From: the human T2T-CHM13v2.0 reference genome, Homo sapiens
Reading direction: 5' to 3' (one strand)
Assembly (NCBI RefSeq): GCF_009914755.1
Contig: NC_060943.1
Length of the DNA: 64,000 nt
Shown here piece by piece: positions 13,201 to 24,700 of the stretch (within the stretch, counting starts at the first letter, position 1; every line of letters begins with the position of its first letter). Under the pieces are notes generated by a model. That model saw only the letters and a program-made list of their open reading frames with translations, was not told the DNA's origin and did not search any database. A program made the position numbers and the translations under genes.

Positions 13201-14073
13201 GATTCTAAAAAGGAGTGTCTCAAAACTGCTCAATCAAAAGAAAAATTCAACTCTGTGAGATGAATGCACACATCACAAAGAAGTTTCTCAGAATGCTTCT
13301 GTCCAGTTTTTATGTGAAGATGTTTCCTTTTTCACTATAGGCCTCAAATCGCTCCAAATATCCATTTGCGGATTCTACAAAAAGAGTGTTTCCAAACTGT
13401 TCATTCAAAAGAAGCGTTCAACTCTGTGAGATGAAAACATACATCACAAAGAAGATTCTCAGAAAGCTTCTGTTTAGTTTTTATGTGAAGATATTTCCCT
13501 TTTCCCGATAGGCCTTAAAGTGCTCCATATATCCATTTGCAGATTCTACAAAAAGACTGTTTCCAAACTGCTCAATCAAAAGAAAGGTTCAACTCTGTGA
13601 GACGAAAGCATACATTACAAAGAAGTTTCTCAGAAAGTTTCTGTCTCAATTTTATGTGAAGATATTATGTATTTCACCATAGACCATAAAGGGATCAAAA
13701 ATATCCCTGTGCAGATTCTAAGAAAAGACTGTTTCCAAACTGCTCAATCAAAACAAAGTTTCAACTTTGTGAAATGAAATGATACATCACAAAGAAGTTT
13801 CTAAGAAAGCTTCTGTCTAGTTTTTATGTGAAGATATTTCCTATTTCACCTCAGGATATAAAGGGCTCACAAATATCCCCGTGGAGATTCTACAAAAAGA
13901 CTATTTCCAAACTGCTCAATCAAAAAAAGGTAACTTTGTGAGATGAATGCACACATCACAAAGAAGTTTCTCAGAAGGCGTCTGTCTAGTTTTTATGTGA
14001 AGATAATTCCTTTTCCAACATAGGCCTCAAAGCACTCCAAATATCCATCTGCAGATTCCACAAAAAGACTGTT
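10241..14073 (-). repeat. Monomeric (non-HOR) alpha satellite, A-type monomers with pJalpha-like boxes; no CENP-B boxes seen
   Basis: ~171 bp periodicity without the 2734 bp identity. ttccttttccaccatagg boxes are present. The motif switches from gtgagttgaat (HOR) to gtgagatgaat after ~10500. Confidence 0.93.
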
Positions 14074-14523
14074 TACAGTGGGGTGTTAAAGTCTCCCATT
14101 ATTATTGTTTGGGAGTCTAAGTCTCTTTGTAGGTCTCTAAGGACTTGCTTTATGAATCTGCATGCTTCTGTATTGGGTGAATATATATTTAAGATAGTTA
14201 GATCTTCTTGTTGCTTTGATCCCTTTACCATTATGTAATGGCTTTCTTTGTCTAGTTTGATCTTTGTTGATTTAAAGTCTGTTTTATCAGAGACTAGGTT
14301 TGCAACCCCTGCCTTTTTTGTTTTCCATTTGTTTGGTAGATCTTCCTCCATCCCTTTATTTTGAGCCTATGTGTGTCTCTGCACCTGAGATGGGTTTCCT
14401 GAATACAGCACACTGATGGGTCTTGACTATTTATCCAATTTGCCAGTCTGTGTCTTTTAATTGGAGCATTATCCCATTTACATTTAAAGTTAATATTGTT
14501 ATGTGTGAATTTGATCCTGTCAT
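14074..14523 (-). pseudogene. L1 ORF2 N-terminal APE-endonuclease fragment, truncated
   Basis: Starts ATGACAGGATCAAATTCACACATAAC at 14523. The track ORF 14073-14351 ends in GDFNTPL at the satellite junction. Confidence 0.88.
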
Positions 14524-14584
14524 TATGATGTTAGCTGTTATTTTGCTCGTTAGTTGATGCAGTTTCTCCCTAGCCTCGATGGCC

Positions 14585-15600
14585 TTACAATTTGGCATGT
14601 TTTTGTAGTGGCTGGTACCAGTTTTTCCTTTCCATGTTTAGTGCTTCTTTCAGGAGCTGTTTTAAGGCATGCCTGGTTTTGACAAAATCTCTCAACATTT
14701 GCTTGTCTGTAAAGTATTTTATTTTTCTTTCACTTTTGAAGCTTAGTTTGGCTGGATATGAAATTCTGGGTTGAAAATTCTTTTCTTTAAGTATGTTGAA
14801 TATTGGTCCCCACTCTCTTCTGGCTTGTAGAGTTTCTGCTGAGAGATCTGCTGTTAGTCTGATGGGCTTCCCTTTGTGGGTAACCCGAGCTTTCTCTTTG
14901 GCTGCCCTTAACATTTTTTCCTTCATTTCAACTTTAGTGAATCTGACAATTATGTGTCTTGGAGTTGCTCTTCTTGAGGAGTCTCTTTGGGGCGTTCTCT
15001 GTATTTCCTGAATTTGAATGTTGGCCTGCCTTGCTAGATTGGGGAAGTTCTCCTGGAAAATAGCCTGCAGAGTGTTTTCCAACTTGGTTCCATTCTCCCT
15101 GTCACTTTCAGATACACCAATCAGATGTAGATTTGGTCTTTTCACATAGTCGCATATCTCCTGGAGGCTTTGTTCATTTCTTTTTTTTCTTTTTTCTCTA
15201 AACTTCTTTTCTTGCTTCATTTCATTCATTTCATCTTCCATCACTGATACCCTTTCTTCCACTTGATCACAATGGCTACTGAGGCTTCTGCATTTGTCAT
15301 GTAGCTCCCATGCCTTGGTTTTCAGCTCCATCAGGTCCTTTAAGGACTTCTCTGCATTGTTTATTCTAGTTATCCATTCGTCTAATTTTTTTACAAAGCC
15401 TTTAACTTCTTTGTCATTGGTTCGAATTTCCTCCTGTAGCTCGGAGTAGTTTGATCATCTGAAGCCTTTTTCTCTCAACTCGTCAAAATCATTCTCCATC
15501 CAGCTTTGTTCCATTGCTGGTGAGGAGCTTCATTCGTTTGGAGGACAAGAGACACTCTGATTTTTAGAGTTTCCAGTTTTTCTGCTCACTTTTTTCCCAT
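14585..15600 (-). pseudogene. L1 ORF1 (ORF1p RNA-binding protein), frameshifted near the start
   Basis: ATG at 15600-15598 and stop at 14585 give a span of 1016 bp, not a multiple of 3. The reading ATG GGA AAA AAG TGA stops at once. The 248 aa ORF 14585-15331 is the C-terminal part. Confidence 0.88.
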
Positions 15601-15794
15601 CTTTGTGGTTTTGTCTACCTTTGGTCTCGCATGATGGTGATGTACATATGGGATTTTGCTGTGCATGTCCTTGTTGTTTGTTAGTTTTCCTTCTAACAGA
15701 CAGGACCCTCAGCTGCAGGACTGTTGGAATTTACTAGAGGTCCACTGCAGACCCTGTTTGCCTGGGTATCAGCAGCGGATTTGCCTGGGTATCA

Positions 15795-18700
15795 CACATG
15801 AAAAAGAAGTTACTCAGAATGCTTCTACCTAGTTTTTATGTGAAGATATTTCTTTTTCACCATAGTACTCAAATGGCTCAGAAATATCCCTTTGCAGATT
15901 CTACAAAAAGTCTTTTTCCAAACTGCTCAATGAAAAGAAAGGTTCAAACCTGTGAGATGAATGCACACATGAAAAAGAAGTTTCTCAGGATGCTTCTATC
16001 TAGTTTTTATGTGAAGATTTTTTTTTCACCATAGGCCTCAAATAGCTCAGAAATATCCATTTGCAGATTGTACAAAAAGATTGTTTCCAAACTGCTCACT
16101 GAAAAGAAAGATTCAACTCTGTGAGATGAATGCAAATATCACAAAGAGGTTTCTCAAAAAACTTCTGTCTAGTTTTTATGTGAAGATATTTCCTTTTTAA
16201 CCATAGGCATCAAACCACTCACAAATATCCCTTTGCAGATTACACAAAAAGACTGTTTCCAAACTGCTCAATGAAAAGAAAGTTTCAACCCTGTGAGAAG
16301 AATGCACACATGAAAAAGAAGTTTCTCAGAATGCTTCTGTCTAGTTTTTATGTGAAGATATTTCTTTTTCACCATAGGCCTCAATCTGCTCAGAAATATT
16401 CCTTTGCAGATTACACAAAAAGACTGTTTACAAACTGCTCAATGAAAAGAAACGTTCAACCCTGTGAGAAGAACACACACATAAAAAAAAGTTTCTCAGA
16501 TTGCTTCTGTCTGGTTTTTATGTGAAAATATTTCCTTTTTTACCATAGGTCTCAATCCGCTCAGAAATATCCATTTGCAGATTGTACAAAAATACTGTTT
16601 CCAAACTGCTCACTGAAAAGAAAGGGTCAACTCTGTGAGATGAATGCAAATATCACAAAGGGGTTTCTCAAAGAGCTTCTGTCTAGTTTTTATGTGAAGA
16701 TATTTCCTATTTCACCATAGGCCATAAATGGCTTTGAAATATAACTTTGCACATTCCACAAAAGGACTGTTTCTAAACTGCTCAATCAGAAGAAAGGTTC
16801 AACTCTGTGAGACAAATGGACACATCACAAAGAAGATTCCCAGAGTGTTTCTGCCTAGTTTTTATGTGAAGATATTTCTTTTCCACCATCAGCCTCAAAT
16901 GGCTCAGAAATATCCCTTTGCAGATTATAAAAAAAAAAAATCCTGCTTCCAAACTGCTTAATCAAAAGAAAGGTTCATCCCTGTGAGATGAATGATCACA
17001 TCAAAAATACGTTTTTCAGAAAGATTCTGCTTAGTTTTTATATGAAGATATTTCATTTTCACCATATTCCTCAAAGGGCTCCAAATATCCATTAGCAGAC
17101 TCTACAAAAAGAGAGTTTCCAAACTCCTCAATCAAAATAAAGTTTCAACTCTGTAAGATGAAAGCACACATCACAAAGAAGTTTCTCAGAAAGTTTCTGA
17201 CTACTTTTTATGTGAAGATATTACCTATTTCACAATAGGCCTCAATGGTTTCACAAATATCCCTTTGCAGATACTAAAAAGGACTGTTTCCACAATGCTC
17301 AACCAAAAGAAAGTTTCAACTTTGTGAGATGAAAGCACATATCACAAAGAGGTTTCTCAAAGTGCTGCTGTCTAGTTTTTATGTGAAGATATTTCCTTTT
17401 TCACCATAGGCCTTGAAACACTCAGAAATATTCCTCTGCAGATACTACAAAAAGACTGTTTCCAAACTGCTACATCAATAGAAAGTTTCAATTCTGTGAG
17501 ATGAATGCACACAACACAAAGAAGTTTCCCAGAATGCTTCTGTCTAGTTTTTATGTGAAGATATTTCTTTTTTATCATAGCCTCAAAATGCTCCAAATAT
17601 CCATTTGGAGATTATTCAAAAAGTCTGTTTCAAAACTGCTCAATTAAAAGAAACACTCAACTCTGTGAGATGAAAGCATGCATCACAGGAAGTTTCTCAG
17701 AAAGCTTCTGTCTACTTTTTATGTGAACATATTTCCTATTTCACCATAGGCCAAAAAGGGCTCACAAATATCCCTTTGCAGATTCTACAAAAGGACTATT
17801 TCCAAACTGTTCAATAAAAAGAAACTTTCAACCCTGTGAGATGAATGCAGATATCACAATGAAGTTTCTCAGAATGCTTCTGTCTAGTTTTTATGTGAAG
17901 ATATTTCCTTTTTCAACATAAGCCTCAAAATACTCACACATATCCCTATGCAGATACTACAAAAAGACTGTTTCCAAACTGCTCCATCAAAAGAAAGGTT
18001 GAACTCTGTTAGATGTATGCACACAGCACAAAAAAGTTTCTCATAATGCTTTTGCCTAGTTTTTATGTGAAGATATTTCCCTTTTCACCATAGGCATCAA
18101 AGCGCTCCAAATATTGATTTGTAGATTCTACAAAAAGACTGTTTCCAAACTGCTCAATCAAAAGAAAAGTTCAACTCTGGGAGTTGAATGCACACATCAC
18201 AAAGAAGTTTCTGGGAAATATTCTGTTTAGGTTTATGTGAAGATATTACCTTTTTGACCATAGGCTGGAAAGCACTCTGAATATCCATTTGCAGATTCTA
18301 CAAAAATGGTGTTTCCAAACTGCTCTATCAAAAGAAAGGTTCAACTCTGTGAGATGAATGCACACATCACAAAGTAGTTTCTCAGAATGCTTCTGTCTAG
18401 TTTTTACGTGAAGATATTGTCTTTTTCACCATAGTCCACAAAGCACACCAAATATCAATTGGCAGATTCTACAAAAAGACTGTTTCCAAACTGCTCAATC
18501 AAAAGAAAGTTTCAACTACGGGAGATGAATGCACACATCACAAAGAAGTTTCTCAGAAAGCTTCTGTTTAGTTTTTATGTTAAGGTATTTCCTGTTTCAC
18601 CACAGGACATAAAGGGCTCACAAATATCCCTTTTCTGGTTCTACGAAAGCACTGTTACCAAACTGCTCAATCAAAAGAAAGGTTCAACACTGTGAGATGA

Positions 18701-21700
18701 ATGGACACATTACAAAGAAATTTCTCAGAAGGTTTCTCTCTAGTTTTTATATGAAGATACTTGTTTTTCACAATAGTTCTCAAAAGGCTCGGAAATATCC
18801 CTTTGCAAATTGTACAAAAACACTGTTTCCAAACTGCTCTATCAAAAGAAAGATTCAACTCTGGGAGAAGAATGCAAATGTCACAAAGAAGTTTCTCAAA
18901 AAGCTTCCATTTTGCTTTTAGTGAAGATATTTCCTTTTTCATCATAGGCCTCAAAGCGCCGCAACTATCCATTTGAAGATTCTACAAAAAGAGTGTTTCC
19001 AAACTGCTCGAACAAAAGAAAGGTTCAACTGTGAGATGAATGCACACAAAACAAAGAAGTTTCTCAGAATGCTTCTGTCTAGTTTTTATGTGAAGATATT
19101 TCCATTTTCACAATTGTCCTGAAAGCACTCCAAATATCCATTTGCAGATTCTACAAAAAGACTGTTTCCAAACTGCTCAAGCAAAAGAGAGGTTGAACTT
19201 TGTGAGATGAAAGCACACAACACAAAGAAGTTTCTCAGAATGCTTCTCTCTAGATTTTATATGAAGACACTTCTTTCTCAACACAGGCCTCAAACGACTC
19301 GGAATTATCCCTTTGCAGATTGTACAAAAAGACAGTTTCCAAACTGCACAATCAAAAGAAAGGTTCAACTCTGGGAGATGAATGCACACATCACAAAGAA
19401 GTTTCTCACAAAGCTTCTGTTTATTTTTTACCTGAAGATATTTCCTTTTTCACCATACACCTCAAAGCACTCCAAATATCCATTTCTGTATTCTACAAAA
19501 AGAAAGTTTCCAAACTGCTCAATCAAAAGAAAGGTTCAACTCTGTGAGATAAATGCACACTTCACAATGAATTTTCTCAGAATGTTTCTGTCTAGTTTTT
19601 GTGTAAAGATATTTCATTTTTATCCATAGGTCTTAAATCAGTCACAAATATCCCTCTACAGATACTACAAAAAGAATGCTTCCAACCTGCTGTATAAAAA
19701 GAAAGGTTCAACTCTGTCACATGAATGAAACCATTACAAAGGTGTTTCTCAGAATAATTCCATATAGTGTTTATGTGATGATATTTCCTTTATCAACACA
19801 GGCCTTAAACCACCCAAAAATATTCCTCTTCAGACACCACAAAAGGACTGTTTCCAAATTGCTCCACCAAAAGAAAGGTTCAACTCTGTGAGGTGAATGC
19901 ACACATCACAAAGAAGTTTCTCAGAATGCTTCTGTCTAATTTTTATGTGAAGATATTTCCTTTTTCACTGTAGACATCAAATCACTCCAAATATCGATTT
20001 GTAGATTCTACAAAAAGGCTGTTTCCAAACTGCTCAATAAAAAGAAAGGTTCAACTCTGAGAGATGAATGCACACATCACAAGGAAGATTCTCAGAAAGC
20101 TTCTGTTTAGATTTTTTGTGATAATAGTTTCTTTTTCACCACAGGCCTCAAAGCACTCCAAATATCTATTTTCAAATTCTACTAAAAGAGAATTTCCAAG
20201 TTGTTCAATCAAAAGAAAGGTTCAACTCTTTGAGATGAATGCACACATAACAAAGAAGTTTCTCAGAATGATTCTGTCTAGTTTTTATGTGAAGATATTT
20301 CCTTTTTCACCATAGACCTTAGACAGCTCAAAAATATCCCTCTGCAGATACTACAAAAAGACTGTTTCCAAACTGCTCCATCAAAACAAGGTTCAACTCT
20401 GTAAGATGAATGCACACATCACAAAGAAGTTTCTCAGAATGCTTCTGCCTAGTTTTGATGTGAAGATATTTCCTTTTTCAACTTTGCCCTCATAGTGCCC
20501 CAAATATCCATTTGCAGATGCTACAAAAAGACAGTTTCCAAACTTTTCAAAAAAATAAACTTTCAACTCCGTGAGATGAAAGCATACATCACAAAGAAGT
20601 TTCTTAGAAAACTTCTGTCTAGTTTTTATGTGAAGATATTTCCTATTTCACCATAGGTCATAAAGGGCTCACAAATATCACTTTGCAGGTTCTACGAGAA
20701 CACTTTTTCCAAACTGCTCAATCAAAATAAAGGTTCAATTCTGTGACATGAATGCACACATCACAAAGAATTTTCTCAGAATGCTTCTGTCTAGTTTTTA
20801 TGTGAAGATATTTCCTTTTTCACCATAGGCACTAAAGCATTCACAAATATCCCTCTGTATATTCTACAAAAAGACTGTTTCTAAAATTCTCCTTCAAAAG
20901 AAAGTTGAACTCTGAGATGAATGCACACTTCACAAAGGAATTTCTCAGAATGCTTATGTCTAGTTTTTATGCGAAGATATTCCCTTTTTCACAATAGTCC
21001 TCAAAGCATTACAAATATTCATTTGAAGATTCTACAAAAAGACAGTTCGCAAATTTCTCAATCAAAAGAAAGTTTCAACTCTGTGAGATGAAAACACACA
21101 TCACAAAGAAGTTTCTCAGAAAGCTTCTGTCTAGTCTTTATGTGAACATATTTCCTATTTCACCATAGGCCTCAATGGGCTCACAAATATCCCTTTGCAG
21201 ATTCTACAAAAGCACTGTTTCCAAACTTGTCAATAAAAAGAAAGGTTTGACTCTGTGAGGTGAATTCACACATCACGAAGAAGTTTCTCAGAATGCTTCT
21301 GTATAGTTTTTATGTGAAGATATTTCCTTTTTCACAGTAGGCCTCAAAGCGCTTCAAATGATCACTTGCAGATTCTACACAAAGACTGTTTCCACACTGC
21401 TCAATCAAAGGAAGTTTCAACTCTGTGTAATGAATGCACATATCACAAAGAAGTTTCTCAGAAAACTTCTGTTTAGTTTTTATGTGAAGTTATTTCCTTT
21501 TTTTCCATAGGCCTCAAAGCACTCCAAATATCCATTTGCAGATTCTACAGAAAGAGTGTTTCCAAACTGCTCAATCAAAAGAATGGTTCAACTCTGTGAG
21601 ATGAAAGCATGCATCACAAAGAACTTTCCCAGAAATCTTCTGTTTAGTTTTCTTGTGAAGATATTTCCTATTTCACAATCACCTCAATGAGCTCACAAAT

Positions 21701-24700
21701 ATCCCATTGCAGATTCTACAAAAGGACTGTTTTGAAACTGTTCAAACAAAAGAAAGGTTCAATTCTGTGGAATGAATGCACACATCACAAAGAACTTTTT
21801 CAGAATGATTCTGTCTAGTTTTTATGTGAAGATATTTACTTTTTCATCATAGTCCTCAAAGCACTCCAAATATCCATTCGCAGATTCTACCAAAAGACTA
21901 TTTCCAACTGCTCAAGAAAAAGAAGGGTTCAACCCTGAGAGATGAATGCACACATCACAAAGATGTCTTTCAGAATTCTTCTGTCCAGTTTTTATGGGAA
22001 AATATTTCCTATTTCACCATAGGCAATAAAAGGCTCAAATATATCACTTTGCAGATTCTACAAAGACTGTTTCCAAACTGCTCAGACAAAAGAAAGTTTC
22101 AACTCTGTGAGATAAATGGACACATCACAAAGAAGTTCCTCAGAATGCTTCTCTCGAGTTTTTCTGTGAAGGTACTACTTTTTCACCATAGGCCTCAAAC
22201 AGCTCTGAAATATCCCTTGCAGATTGTAGGAAAAGACAGTTTCCAAACTGCTCAATGAAAAGAAAGGTTCAATACTGTGAGATGAATGCACCCATCACAA
22301 AGAAGTTTCTCACAAAGCTTCTGTCTAGTTTTTATGTGAAGATATTTCCTATTTCACAATAGGCCTCAATCAGCTCACAAATATCCCTTTTGCAGATACT
22401 ACAAAAGCACTGTTTCCAAACTGTTCCAACAAAACTAATGTTCAACTCTGTGAAATGAATGCACACATCAAAAAGAAGTTTCTCAGACTGCTTCTGTGTA
22501 CTTACTATGTGAAGGTATTTCCTTTTTCACCATAGACCTCAAAGCTCTCCAAATATCCATTTTCAGATTCTACCTAAAGACTGTTTCCAAACTGCTCAAA
22601 CAAAAGAAAGGTTCAACTATCAGAAATGAAAGTCACAACACAAAGAAGTTTCTCAGAATGCTTCTGTCTAATTTTTATGTGAAATATTTCCTATTTCACC
22701 ATATGCCATAAAGGGCTCAAAAATATCTCTTTGCAGAAAGTACAAAAAGACAGTTTCCAAACTGCTCAAAGAAAACAAAGGTTCAAATCTGTGAGATCAA
22801 TGGACACATCGCAAACAAGTTTCTCAGAATGCTTCTGTCTAGTTTTTATGTGAATACATTACTTTTCCACCATAGGCCTCAAGCAGCTCACAAATATTCC
22901 CTTACAGATTGTACAAAAAGAATGTTTCCAAACTGCTTAATCAATAGAAACTTTCAACTCTGTGAGGTGAAAGCATACATCACAGAGATATTTCTCAGAA
23001 AGCTTCTGTCTAGTTTTTGTGTGAAGATATTTCCTATTTCACCATACGCTATCAATGGATCACAGATATCCCATTCCAGATTCTGCAAGAGGACACTTTC
23101 CAAACTGTTCAATCAAAAGAAAGGTGCAACTCTGTGAGATGACTGCACACATCACAAATAAGTTTCTCAGAATGCTTCTGTCTAGATTTTATGCGAGGAC
23201 ATTTTCTATGTCACCATAGGCCTCAAAGCAATCCAAATATCCATTTGCAGATACTACATAAACACTGTTTGCAAGCTGCTCAATCAAAAGAAAGGTTGAA
23301 CTCTGTGAGATGAAACATACATCTCAAAGAAGTTTCTCACAAAGTTTCTGTGTCGTTTTTATGTGGCGATATTTCATATTGCACAATAGGCCATAAACGG
23401 CTCACAAATATCCTTTTGCAGATTGTACAAAAAGACTGTTTCCAAACTGCTCAATCAAAAGAAAAGTTCAATGGTGTGAGATGAATGCGCACATCACAAA
23501 GGAGTTTCTCAGAATGCTTCTGTCTAGTTTTTATGTGAAGATATTTCCTTCTTCACCACAGGCCTCAAAGTGCTCCAAATATTCATTTGAAGATTCTACA
23601 AAGAGACTCTTTCCAAACTGCTCAATCAAAAGAAAGATTGATCTCTTTGAGATGAAAGCACACATCACAAAAAGTTTCACAGAAAACTTCTGTCTAGTTT
23701 TTATGTGATAATATTTCCTATTTCACGATATGCTTCCATGTGCTCACAAATATCCTTTTTCAGATTCTACAAAAGGACTGTTTCCAAACTGTTCAATCAA
23801 AAAAAAGGTTCAACTCTGAGAGATGAATGCACACATCACAAAGAAGTTTCTCATAAAGCCTCTGTTTAGTTTTTATGTGAATATATTTCCTTTTTCACCA
23901 TCTGCCTCAATGTGCTGCAAATATCCATTTGCAGATTCTACAAAAAGAGTGTTTCCAAACTGCTCCATCAAAAGAAAGGTTCAATTCCATGAGATGAATG
24001 CACCCATCACAAAGGAGTTTCTCAGAATGCCTCTGTCTAATTTTTTTTTGATGATATTTCATTTTCCACTATAGGTCTCAAAGTGCTGCAAATATCCATT
24101 TACAGATTCTACAAAACGACTGTTTCCAAACTGCTCTATCATAATAAAGGTTCAACTCTGGGAGAGGAAATCACACATAACAAAGACGTTCCTCAGAAAC
24201 TTCTGTCTAGTTTTTGTGTGAAGATATTTCCTATTTCACCATAGGCTGCAAAGGGCTCAAAAGTATCCCTTTGCAGATTCTGCAAAAGGACTCGTTCAAA
24301 AAAGCCCACTCAAAGGAAAGTTTCATCTGTGTGAGATGAATACACAGATCACAAAGTAGTTTCTTAGAATGCTTCTGTCTAGTTTTTATGTGAAGATATT
24401 TCCTTTTTCATCATAGGCCTTAAACCACTCACAAATATACCTCTGCAGATACTACAAAATGACTGTTTGCCAACTGCTCAATCAAAGGAAAGGTGCATCT
24501 CTGTGAGATAAATGCACACATCACAGAGAAGCTTATCAGAATGCTTCTGTCTAATTTTTATGTGAAGATATTTCCTTTTTCACCATAGGCCTCAATGTGC
24601 TCTAAATATCCATTTGTAGACCCCACAAAAAGATGGTTTCCAAACTGCTCAATCAAAAGAACGTTTCAACTCTGGTAGATGAAATTGTATATGACAATGA

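Larger units (their letters stand above)
14074..15794 (-). mobile_element. LINE-1 internal fragment (L1PA3-like): distal 5'UTR, ORF1, inter-ORF spacer and start of ORF2; no poly(A), no TSD
   Basis: ORF1p translation (RPNLHLIGV..., YQPLQKHAKL) and ORF2 endonuclease translation (KAGVA..., IIMGDFNTPL). The 5'UTR retains the ...agaggtccact.cagaccctgtttgcctgggtatcagcagcgg segment that is absent from L1PA2/L1HS. Confidence 0.93.

Noticed and set aside
14592-15011. Plus-strand ORFs overlapping the L1 (also 45048-45359, 48490-48702, 49178-49390)
   Set aside because: Antisense translations of L1 sequence.
14585-15331. 248 aa ORF as a functional or domesticated ORF1p
   Set aside because: The true start is frameshifted, the promoter part of the 5'UTR is deleted, and there is no evidence of selection.
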